Origin: an uncultured Actinomycetota bacterium
GTDB lineage: Bacteria; Actinomycetota; Actinomycetes; CAWDCV01
NCBI GenBank assembly: GCA_963728125.1
Contig: CAVSIZ010000001.1
Span: forward strand, 99,142 to 163,141
Direction: 5' to 3'
DNA: 64,000 bases
The translations under genes were made by a program, and so were the position numbers. Of the stretch, positions 53,713 through 61,803 are shown piece by piece; the first letter of the stretch is position 1; every line of letters starts with the position of its first letter. The notes under the pieces are model-generated. The model saw only the letters and a list, made by a program, of their open reading frames with translations, made no database searches and had not been told where the DNA came from.

Positions 53713-55299
53713 ATGCCTCTGCAAAGCCAACGATCCGCTGGAGGCACCGTGGCCACGCTGTCGATCGCCGCCATCCTGGCTGAGTCCGCGCAGCGCTACC
53801 CCGATCGGGTGGCGGTCGTGCTGGGACCGCAGAAGGTCACCTACGAGGAGCTGTGGCGCGAGGTGCGCCTCTACGCCACCGTGCTGCGCGATCGCGGGAT
53901 CGGTCCGGGCGACCGGGTCGCGCTTCTCATCCCGAACGTGCCCGACTTTCCCCGCTTCTACTACGCCGTGCTGTCTCTCGGCGCAGTCGTGGTCCCCGTG
54001 CACGCGCTGCTCAGGCCGGAGGAGATCGAGTACGTGCTGCGTGACTCTGGCGCTTCGCTGCTGTGCGCGGCCGGACCGCTGGTCGAGGCTGGCGCCAAGG
54101 GCGCCGAGATGGCGGCCGTACCGCTGCTGACGTCGATGCTGCCGGAGGCACTTCCCGGTATCGAACGCATCGAAGACCTCGCTGCCCGTGCGGAACCCAT
54201 CTCCTCATACGTCCCACTCGATCCGGACACCGACGCGGTGATCCTCTACACCAGCGGGACGACCGGTCAGCCGAAGGGTGCGGTGCTGTCGCACCTCAGC
54301 CTGACGATGAACGCCCACCTGTCGGCGACCGACGTCATCAGCATGCGGCCGGGTGAGGAAGTGATCCTCGGCTGTCTGCCGCTGTTCCACACGTTCGGTC
54401 AAACGTGCGCGATGAACGCCGGTTTCCGCGGTGGCGCCACGCTCGTCCTGATGCCGCGCTTCGACGGAGCGCAAGCCCTGGAGCTGATGGCGGAGCACGA
54501 CGTCACGATCTTCGAGGGCGTGCCGACGATGTATCTCGGCCTGCTCGACGCGGTGGCGCGCGGCGGAAAACCCGTGCCGCTGCGGACGGCTTGCTCAGGT
54601 GGTGCTCCCATCCCAGTGGCGGTCATCGACAAGTTCACCGAGGTGTTCGATGCCGACATCTACGAGGGGTACGGCCTGTCGGAAACCGCGCCCGTAGCGA
54701 CGTTCAACCAGCCGGTCTACGGCCGCAAGCCCGGCACGGTCGGCCGAGCCATCTGGGGCGTCGACGTCGAGATCGCGCGCGCGGACGTCGAGGGCGCGAT
54801 CGAGCTGCTGCCAGTCGGCGAGCTCGGCGAAGTCGTCATCCGCGGGCACAACATCATGACCGGCTATCTGAACAATCCGGAGGCCACTGCGGAGGCCATC
54901 GTCGACGGCTGGTTCCGATCGGGCGACCTCGGCACCAAGGACGAGGACGGTTTCGTGACGATCGTCGACCGCAAGAAGGACATGGTGCTGCGCGGCGGCT
55001 TCAACGTCTATCCGCGCGAGGTCGAGGAGATCCTCGCTCGTCATCCCGCCGTCGCACAGGTCGCGGTCATCGGGCTGCCCGATCCGACGTACGGCGAGGA
55101 GGTGTGCGCCGTGATCAAGCTGGCCGACGACGGCTCCGGACGTCCGGTGACCGAGGTGACCGACGAGGTGATCGCTTGGTCCCGCGAACACCTCGCCGGC
55201 CACAAGTACCCGCGCATCGTCAAGGTCGTCGAGGAGTTCCCACTCGGCCCGTCGGGCAAGGTCCTCAAACGCGAACTGGTTGCTCGCTACCGCTCCTGA
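53713..55299 (+). CDS. fadD: Long-chain fatty-acid--CoA ligase (FadD-like AMP-binding enzyme)
   Basis: The AMP-binding motif YTSGTTGQPKG and the downstream A8/A10 motifs are present. It is inserted between tsaB and tsaE relative to the conserved operon. Confidence 0.85.
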   Translation: MPLQSQRSAGGTVATLSIAAILAESAQRYPDRVAVVLGPQKVTYEELWREVRLYATVLRDRGIGPGDRVALLIPNVPDFPRFYYAVLSLGAVVVPVHALLRPEEIEYVLRDSGASLLCAAGPLVEAGAKGAEMAAVPLLTSMLPEALPGIERIEDLAARAEPISSYVPLDPDTDAVILYTSGTTGQPKGAVLSHLSLTMNAHLSATDVISMRPGEEVILGCLPLFHTFGQTCAMNAGFRGGATLVLMPRFDGAQALELMAEHDVTIFEGVPTMYLGLLDAVARGGKPVPLRTACSGGAPIPVAVIDKFTEVFDADIYEGYGLSETAPVATFNQPVYGRKPGTVGRAIWGVDVEIARADVEGAIELLPVGELGEVVIRGHNIMTGYLNNPEATAEAIVDGWFRSGDLGTKDEDGFVTIVDRKKDMVLRGGFNVYPREVEEILARHPAVAQVAVIGLPDPTYGEEVCAVIKLADDGSGRPVTEVTDEVIAWSREHLAGHKYPRIVKVVEEFPLGPSGKVLKRELVARYRS

Positions 55300-55357
55300 T
55301 CGGCATGCGCCGGTGCAGCAGCGCGGGCGGTCGCCGGCGGTTACCGTCGCAACGCCC

Positions 55358-55432
55358 CTTCCGCAAGGATCATGGGGCTACGTCAACGACACGCCGATGA
55401 GGGATGCACGTAAGCCCATGATCCTTCCGGGA
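55358..55432 (+). repeat. Family-1 hairpin element (TIR AAGGATCATGGGG...GCCCATGATCCTT; core CAACGACACGCCG) 60 nt upstream of the DUF559 gene
   Basis: About 80% identical to 10676..10766 and to the inverted copy at 56531..56602. Confidence 0.85.
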
Positions 55433-55492
55433 TGGCGCGGCAGGTTCGGCGGACGTCGCAATCCACAGGCGGATGTCGTCCACAGATTGTGA

Positions 55493-56518
55493 TTGAGCAC
55501 GCGAGCGATAGCCGCTGGCCATCACCGTCAACGGATGAACTCGCGGTCAGCTGCTCGCATCGTGGCTGTGGCCTCGGGGCAACACGGTGTTGTATCTCGG
55601 CGCGACGCCTTGCGCTGCGGCCTCGAGGACGATGACGTCCGCGCGCTACGACGCCACCGACAATGGCGGCGGCTGTTCCGAGACACGTATCTCGTCGATG
55701 CCGACCTCGTAGGCGACGTTCCCCGAAGTGCCTGGCTCAGCGCTGCTCTCTTGACGCACGGTCCGCGAGCCTGCTTGGTCGGGCCGACGGCAGCAGAGCT
55801 TCATGGTCTGCAAGGGATGCCACGCGACGACCCGACGATATGGGTTGGGCTGCTACCCAACACGTCTCGGCTGAAGCGACGAGCCGCGAACGACAACGAC
55901 GCAGCGGCCGCCGGCGCTGGCACGCCCAGCCGCCTCGTCGTTCGGCAACTCGTTGTCACCCCGGACGAGCTGACCGTGGTAAATCGCCTTCTGGCAACGG
56001 TTGCTTGGCGCTCACTTGCGGACACAGCACTGAGGCTCGATCGAGCTCACGCGCTGTCCATGCTCGACTCCGCGCTCAACGTCGGCAAGGTAACGCCGGA
56101 CGACATGACCCGCGTCATCGAGGTGTCAGCCGGTCGACGCGGCGTCCAACGGTTACGCACGCTGCTCCCATTGGCCGACGGCCGAGCACAGTCTCCGCTT
56201 GAGACCCGTATCCGGCTGGCCTGCATCGATGGTGGCGTACCGCCTGATGACCTGCAGTACGCAGTGCGTGATCGCTGGGGACAGCTGCTGGGCATTGCGG
56301 ACATGGCGTGGTGGCGAGGTCGAAGCCGACCACTCGTCGTCGAAGCCGATGGGGTCGACGCCCATTCGCAACCCACAGCGCTGTTTCGTGATCGTCAACG
56401 AGCTAACGACTTCACTCTGGCGGATGTGGACGTGATCCGATTCACCTGGTCGGATTCCCATCGCCCTACCTATGTGGCCGGCGTCGTGCGACGGGGGCTG
56501 CTGCGCGACACCGCCTGA
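55493..56518 (+). CDS. AbiEi_4-like N-terminal domain plus DUF559 (Vsr-like endonuclease fold) protein
   Basis: N-terminal HGVVSRRDALRCGL resembles the AbiEi antitoxin-like wHTH. The C-terminal ...VVEADGVDAHS...ANDFTLADVDVIRFTWSD matches the DUF559 pattern. The gene is flanked by inverted family-1 elements. Confidence 0.7.
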   Translation: MSTRAIAAGHHRQRMNSRSAARIVAVASGQHGVVSRRDALRCGLEDDDVRALRRHRQWRRLFRDTYLVDADLVGDVPRSAWLSAALLTHGPRACLVGPTAAELHGLQGMPRDDPTIWVGLLPNTSRLKRRAANDNDAAAAGAGTPSRLVVRQLVVTPDELTVVNRLLATVAWRSLADTALRLDRAHALSMLDSALNVGKVTPDDMTRVIEVSAGRRGVQRLRTLLPLADGRAQSPLETRIRLACIDGGVPPDDLQYAVRDRWGQLLGIADMAWWRGRSRPLVVEADGVDAHSQPTALFRDRQRANDFTLADVDVIRFTWSDSHRPTYVAGVVRRGLLRDTA

Positions 56519-56530
56519 TCGGCTCCACCA

Positions 56531-56602
56531 CTCCAAAGGATCATGGGCTTCCGTCAGGTCGATACCGGCGTGTCGTTGTCGCTAGCCCATGATCCTTTCG
56601 GT
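56531..56602 (-). repeat. Family-1 hairpin element in inverted orientation; it encodes the last about 19 codons and the stop of tsaE
   Basis: TIRs AAAGGATCATGGGC (56535..56548) and GCCCATGATCCTTT (56585..56598) are perfect. The core CGGCGTGTCGTTG is the reverse complement of CAACGACACGCCG. Confidence 0.85.
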
Positions 56603-57079
56603 CGGGGTGTGAGGTGGGGGCGGCGGCGGGGGCGGCGGTCCAGCGGGGGCCGATGCCGCGGACGGTGACGGTGCGCGTCTCGTCGTCGGACGGGCGGGTG
56701 AGCGTGACCTCGAGGCGGTCGTCGGCGAGGCCCTCGACCAGGCCGGTCCCCCACTCGACGACCGTCACCGAATCCGAGAGCGACGCCTCGAGGTCCAGGT
56801 CCGCGACCTCGGCCAGCGAGCCCAGCCGGTAGGCGTCGACGTGCACCAGCGGCACCGGACCTGGATGGACGCGCGCGATCACGAAGGTCGGCGACGTCAC
56901 CGGGCCCCGGACTCCGAGGCCGAGACCTATCCCCTGCGTCAGCGTCGTCTTGCCCGCGCCGAGCGAGCCGGCGAGCACGACCAGGTCGCCCGCGCGCAAC
57001 AACCCCGCCAACCGGCGACCGAGCGCCCGCATCGCGTCGGCGTCAGGAACCTCCACGGCAAAGTTCACGACACCAACCG
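56541..57079 (-). CDS. tsaE: tRNA threonylcarbamoyladenosine biosynthesis ATPase TsaE, with a C-terminal extension supplied by the repeat element
   Basis: P-loop GSLGAGKTT and conserved TsaE core. The reading frame continues through the family-1 element to a stop at 56541, giving the tail PDRKDHGLATTTRRYRPDGSP. Confidence 0.8.
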
Positions 57080-57667
57080 CGCAACCAGCTCGAGGTCCTC
57101 CCGCAACGCTGCCATCGGTATGCCCGCCGGACCGAAGCGGATCGCTGCGGACGGGTGGTACGTCGTCACAACACGGCGCCCGTCGTACGTCTGCGGCGAC
57201 AAGCGCAGCCCTGCGATTCGCACGCCGCGACCGAACATCCACTCCGCCGCCGTCCCGCCGAGCGTGCAGACGACAGACGGGTCGGCGAGCGAGATCTGGC
57301 GCGCCAGCCACGGCCGGCAGTTCTCGACCTCGGCAGCGCGCGGCTTGCGGTTGCCCGGTGGCCGGCATTTCAGCACGTTCGCCACGGCCACCCGGTCGCG
57401 CACCAAGCCGACCTCGGTCAGCAGCCGATCCAGCAACTGCCCACTCTTGCCGACGAACGGCGTGCCCGCCGCATCCTCCGCTGCGCCCGGCGCCTCCCCC
57501 ACGAACAGCACCTGCGCACCAGGCGGGCACGTACCCACGACCACCGACGAGCGGCTGCACACCAGCTCCGGGCACGCCAGGCAGCCGACCGCGACGTCAG
57601 CGAGTTCGGCCCACGTACGCATCGTCGGCGCGACGAGGGCCGGCGAGACCACTGCATCGACGGTCAT
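57065..57667 (-). CDS. Uracil-DNA glycosylase, family 4 (Fe-S type)
   Basis: Motif A GEAPGAAED, Cys ligands and motif B (HPSAAIRF). Confidence 0.8.
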   Translation of the reverse strand: MTVDAVVSPALVAPTMRTWAELADVAVGCLACPELVCSRSSVVVGTCPPGAQVLFVGEAPGAAEDAAGTPFVGKSGQLLDRLLTEVGLVRDRVAVANVLKCRPPGNRKPRAAEVENCRPWLARQISLADPSVVCTLGGTAAEWMFGRGVRIAGLRLSPQTYDGRRVVTTYHPSAAIRFGPAGIPMAALREDLELVARLVS

Positions 57668-58737
57668 GCCGACGCCGCCACGAGCTTGCGGCGAACGTCG
57701 CCGATCAAGCCCACCAGCGCTGACGTGACCACGTCCGGGTGCTCGATCATCACCAGGTGCCCGGCTGCTGGGACGACGACAAGTTCCGCCGAAGGCAATT
57801 GCGCCGCAATGGCACGGCTGTGGTCGGCGGGCGTGAGCAGGTCGCTGTCGCCTACCAGGACAAGCAGCTCGACTCCGCGGCTCAACGCTGCCAGTGCCTC
57901 GAACCGGTCGTAGGTGTCGAAGGCCGGATAGAAGCTCGCGATCACGTCGATCGGCGTCGCGGAGATCAACTCCGCTGCGAACTCGACGACCGAGGGCGGA
58001 ACGTCCGACCCGAACGAGTACTTCTTGGTGATGAGGAAGCCAATGTCGCTGCCTGCACGGCGGCCGCGCTCGACGAGTTCCGCCTGGCGAGCCATGGCAC
58101 TGAGCGCGCCAGGGACGACACGGCGGACGAGCCCGACGTTCGGGAAGCCGAGCGTGACCGTGGCCAGACCTCCCGCGGACGTGCTGATGAGGCCAACACC
58201 GAGGACGCGCGTGCCAAACAGCTCAGGCTGCTCGGCAGCGAGCGACATGATGGTCATGCCGCCCATGCTGTGACCGATCAGGACGAGCGGACCGGTCGGC
58301 GCGGTCGCCTCGATGACGCTCTGCAGGTCCCGGCCGAGCTGCTCGAGTACGTCCGGATCGACCACGCCGCGTTCGGATCGACCGTGGCTGCGCTGGTCCC
58401 AGAACACCAGTCGTGCCACACCGCGCAGATCACGGCGCTGGTAGTGCCACGCGTCCTGGTTGTGCGAGAAGCCGTGGCAGAAGATCACGGTCAGGTCATC
58501 AACGGCCTCGGGCGCCTCGTCTATCTCGACGTGCAGCCGCGTGCCGTCGGTAGCGACTACCGGAACGACGGTTCCACGCAGCGAGCCGAACTTCTCGTCC
58601 GCCTCGGGGTCGCGCCGCAGCCGGATCCGGCCCACCGCGAGCTTCTCCGCGGTGAACCCGATGGCCGCACCGGCCGCGAGAACGCCGATGGCCGCGCCGA
58701 CGAGACCGGCCCGGCCGCGAAGGGGAGCAGGACTCAC
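57664..58737 (-). CDS. Alpha/beta hydrolase with N-terminal TM anchor
   Basis: GHSMGG nucleophile elbow and the HGFSHN motif. The GTG start overlaps the alr stop (GTGA). Confidence 0.75.
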   Translation of the reverse strand: MSPAPLRGRAGLVGAAIGVLAAGAAIGFTAEKLAVGRIRLRRDPEADEKFGSLRGTVVPVVATDGTRLHVEIDEAPEAVDDLTVIFCHGFSHNQDAWHYQRRDLRGVARLVFWDQRSHGRSERGVVDPDVLEQLGRDLQSVIEATAPTGPLVLIGHSMGGMTIMSLAAEQPELFGTRVLGVGLISTSAGGLATVTLGFPNVGLVRRVVPGALSAMARQAELVERGRRAGSDIGFLITKKYSFGSDVPPSVVEFAAELISATPIDVIASFYPAFDTYDRFEALAALSRGVELLVLVGDSDLLTPADHSRAIAAQLPSAELVVVPAAGHLVMIEHPDVVTSALVGLIGDVRRKLVAASA

Positions 58738-59909
58738 GAACTGAGCTCCCGGTGGATGCGCGGTACGCGGGGACCGATGCGCGTCACGATCTCGTAGTTG
58801 ATCGTGCCGACGGCCGCCGCCCAGTCGTCCGCAGTCGGTTCTCCGGCGGTGCCTGGCCCGAACAGGACGACCTCGTCTCCGACCGCCGCGGCATCGCCCT
58901 CGAGATCGACGACCACCTGATCCATGCACACGGTGCCAGCGATCGTGCGCCGCCGCCCGGCCGCCCACAGCGGACCCACGTTGCTCGCTAGCCGCGGGAT
59001 CCCGTCGGCGTAGCCCAGTGGCACGAGTCCGAGCGTCGTCTCGCCCGAGGTGACGTACCGATGGCCGTACGACACCCCCTGACCGGCAGGCACGCGCTTG
59101 ACCATCGCCAGCCTGGCCACCAGCGTCATCGCCGGTCGCAACCCGAGTTCGGTCGAACTCCCGACATCCGGTCCCGGTGACAGGCCGTAGACAGACACAC
59201 CGGGCCGAACAAGGTCGAAGTGCGTGTCGGGCAGCGACAGCGTCGCCGCGGAATTGGCGAGGTGGCGCACCTCAGGCCGCACCCCCGCCTTCTCCGCGAG
59301 CTCGAGCGCATCGCGAAACGTCGCCAGCTGCCGGTCGATGGTCGGGTGCCGAGGAGCGTCGGCGTGAGCCAGGTGCGACCACAGCCCCACCACGCGTACG
59401 GTCCCCTCGGCCTCCGCTGCCAGCGCCGCGTCCACCAAGGCCGGCCAGTCCTCGATCCACGCCCCGCCGCGGGCCAGCCCGGTATCGACCTTGAGGTGGA
59501 TTCGTGCCGGGGATCCGACGGTACGGGCGGCGGCAGCGACCTCGTCCAGCGCCCACGGCGCATAGACGGAGACGTCGACGTCGGCCTGGATCGCGTCCGC
59601 GTACCGCTCCCCTGGCGCCGCCAGCCAGGACACCACCCGCACGTCGATGCCCGCGTCGCGCAAGGCGAGCGCTTCGTCGAGGGCGGCCGTTCCGAGCCAG
59701 GTTGCGCCGCCGGCAAGAGCCGCACGAGCGGACGGCACGAGCCCGTGCCCGTACCCATCGGCCTTGACCACGGCCATCAGCTGCGCCGTCGACGATGCCT
59801 CGTGCAGACGCGCGACATTGTCTCGAATGGCGTCCAGCTCGACGATCGCGGCGGCACGCGCAGTCGGAGGCACGGCTTCAGGCACGCGCTCGATTGTGAC
59901 AGCCCGCAC
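58734..59909 (-). CDS. alr: Alanine racemase
   Basis: PLP-binding VVKADGYGHG and a full-length fit to Alr. GTG start. Confidence 0.92.
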   Translation of the reverse strand: MRAVTIERVPEAVPPTARAAAIVELDAIRDNVARLHEASSTAQLMAVVKADGYGHGLVPSARAALAGGATWLGTAALDEALALRDAGIDVRVVSWLAAPGERYADAIQADVDVSVYAPWALDEVAAAARTVGSPARIHLKVDTGLARGGAWIEDWPALVDAALAAEAEGTVRVVGLWSHLAHADAPRHPTIDRQLATFRDALELAEKAGVRPEVRHLANSAATLSLPDTHFDLVRPGVSVYGLSPGPDVGSSTELGLRPAMTLVARLAMVKRVPAGQGVSYGHRYVTSGETTLGLVPLGYADGIPRLASNVGPLWAAGRRRTIAGTVCMDQVVVDLEGDAAAVGDEVVLFGPGTAGEPTADDWAAAVGTINYEIVTRIGPRVPRIHRELSS

Positions 59910-59912
59910 GAA

Positions 59913-60824
59913 CTATGCAGCCCGGACGAGCCGGATCGCCGCCGGCACGGATTCAAGGACCGCGACCGCGGTCGTTGGGGCGTCCTCAGCGGCCAATCGC
60001 CCGGCGAGGCCGTGGAGGTACGCACCCGTCGAGCCCGCGTCGAGAGGCGACAGACCGCCAGCCAGCAGAGCACCGGCGATGCCGGACAGGACGTCGCCGC
60101 TGCCCGCCGTCGCCAGCCAGGACGTCCCCGTCGCGTTGACGCGAATCGGTTCCGAACCCGGCGCGGCGACCAGCGTCGTCGACCCCTTGAGCAGCACGGT
60201 GACGCCGAACTCGTTGGCAGCACGTCGTACGTGCTCCATCCGACGCGCCTCCACATCGACCCTCTCGACCTTGAGCAGCCGCGCCAGCTCCCCGGCGTGC
60301 GGGGTGAGCAGTGTCGGTCGGTCACGACGCGGCGCGAGCAGCGCATGGTCGGCCGAGATCAGGTTCAGCCCATCGGCATCGACGAGCACCGGCGTGTCCT
60401 CACCGAGCACGCGTTCCAGCCGTTCGTGCGCATCGTCGTCTTGCCCGAGTCCCGGCCCAACGACCCAGGCCTGGCAGCGGCCCTCCCCGAGCACGACTTC
60501 GGGCCAGCTGTTTCGGACCAGCTCCGTCGGGTGCGGCGGACCCGCGTAGCGCACCATGCCCGCGCCAGCGGCCAAGGCTCCGCCGGTGCACAGCACCGCC
60601 GCGCCGGTGTACGCCTCCGATCCGGCGACGACACCGACGACGCCGCGCGCGTACTTGTCCGACTCCGCGGTCGCCACGGGCAGCAGGTCGCGTACGTCAT
60701 CGTTCTGCAGCGAGGTGACGGCAGGTTCGCCGAGGAACGGGCCGAGACCGATGTCGACGAGCTCAGCGTGACCCGCGTACGACGCACCGGGGTCGACGAG
60801 CAAGCCCGGGCTTCCAGGTACCAA
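59913..60824 (-). CDS. nnr: ADP-dependent (S)-NAD(P)H-hydrate dehydratase domain protein (Nnr C-terminal, YjeF_C), encoded separately
   Basis: YjeF_C signatures (GVVGVVAGSEAYTGAAVL, TAGSGDVLSG). The TTG start is 11 nt after the YjeF_N ORF, in the same frame. Confidence 0.75.
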   Translation of the reverse strand: MVPGSPGLLVDPGASYAGHAELVDIGLGPFLGEPAVTSLQNDDVRDLLPVATAESDKYARGVVGVVAGSEAYTGAAVLCTGGALAAGAGMVRYAGPPHPTELVRNSWPEVVLGEGRCQAWVVGPGLGQDDDAHERLERVLGEDTPVLVDADGLNLISADHALLAPRRDRPTLLTPHAGELARLLKVERVDVEARRMEHVRRAANEFGVTVLLKGSTTLVAAPGSEPIRVNATGTSWLATAGSGDVLSGIAGALLAGGLSPLDAGSTGAYLHGLAGRLAAEDAPTTAVAVLESVPAAIRLVRAA

Positions 60825-60833
60825 ACGTCACGG

Positions 60834-61325
60834 TCACGTCGGCGCGGACGCGGCGCCCGCCACGACGCCTGTCGAGGCATCGACACCGCTAGGCACGTCC
60901 ACCGCGACCACGCCACACGACGATGCGGACAGCCGCTCGGCGATCTCGTCGGCCGGCGGACGCAGTCCGCCGTGACCGCCGATGCCGAGGATCCCGTCGA
61001 GGACCAGATCTGCGTCATCGACGACCTCGACGTCGTCGGTCACGCGCCCGCCGGCGGTACGGAACGCGCGCAGGCCTGCCTCGTGCGTGCGACTGCCGAC
61101 CAGGAGCGCGTCGACGCGCGCGCCCCGAGCGGCCAGCCGTGCCCCGGCGTACAGGGCATCGCCCCCGTTGTCGCCGCTCCCAACGAGCAGCACAACGCGG
61201 GATCCGTACACGTTGCCAAGCAGTTGCATGCAGGTCGCCGCCAGCCCTGCGGCGGCACGCTGCATCAGCGCGCCGTCGGGCAGTCGCGCCATCAGCGCTT
61301 CCTCGGCCGCGCGCACGGTCTCCAC
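60834..61325 (-). CDS. nnr: NAD(P)H-hydrate epimerase domain protein (Nnr N-terminal, YjeF_N)
   Basis: YjeF_N motif VVLLVGSGDNGGDALYAG. It ends at a TGA, and two in-frame TGAs (TGA CCG TGA) separate it from the downstream half. Confidence 0.75.
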   Translation of the reverse strand: METVRAAEEALMARLPDGALMQRAAAGLAATCMQLLGNVYGSRVVLLVGSGDNGGDALYAGARLAARGARVDALLVGSRTHEAGLRAFRTAGGRVTDDVEVVDDADLVLDGILGIGGHGGLRPPADEIAERLSASSCGVVAVDVPSGVDASTGVVAGAASAPT

Positions 61326-61346
61326 GTCGTGCGCCAGCCTCAGACC

Positions 61347-61697
61347 TCACGACTCAGCCACCACCATGGCGCTCGCGATTCCCGCGTCGTGGCTGAGCGA
61401 CACGTGCAGGCGAGCGATGCCCTGCTCGGCGAGGGCTGCGGCGATCGTGCCGCGCACGTCGAGCCGGGGTCGGCCGCTCTCCTCGCGCAGAACCTCGACG
61501 TCGCTCCAGTGCAAGCCTCTCGGGGCACCGAGCGCCTTCGCCAGCGCCTCCTTCGCGGCGAAGCGAGCCGCCAGCGAGCCCAGCGGCAGATCCTGCTCGG
61601 TCGCCGTGAACAGTCGTTCACGCAGACCCGGCGTACGTTCCAGCGTCATCGCGAAGCGGGCGATGTCGACCACATCGATCCCCACGCCAACGATCAT
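61347..61697 (-). CDS. acpS: Holo-[acyl-carrier-protein] synthase
   Basis: 116 aa; matches the 4'-phosphopantetheinyl transferase AcpS ([15 protein letters not shown]...). Confidence 0.9.
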   Translation of the reverse strand: MIVGVGIDVVDIARFAMTLERTPGLRERLFTATEQDLPLGSLAARFAAKEALAKALGAPRGLHWSDVEVLREESGRPRLDVRGTIAAALAEQGIARLHVSLSHDAGIASAMVVAES

Positions 61698-61803
61698 GGA
61701 CAGATCACCCGCCGACGCTAGCAGCGCCTCTCGTGTACTCGGCTGGACGGTGATCGCGCCCCGCCGGAATCATGAGCCAGAGAAGCGGGGCGGGAGGCGA
61801 GAC

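Noticed and set aside
59220-61721. 833-aa ORF on the plus strand spanning alr, both nnr halves and acpS
   Set aside because: It is antisense to four genes with unambiguous homologs. The Arg/Gly/Ala-rich composition is typical of spurious GC-rich antisense frames, and no protein motifs are present.
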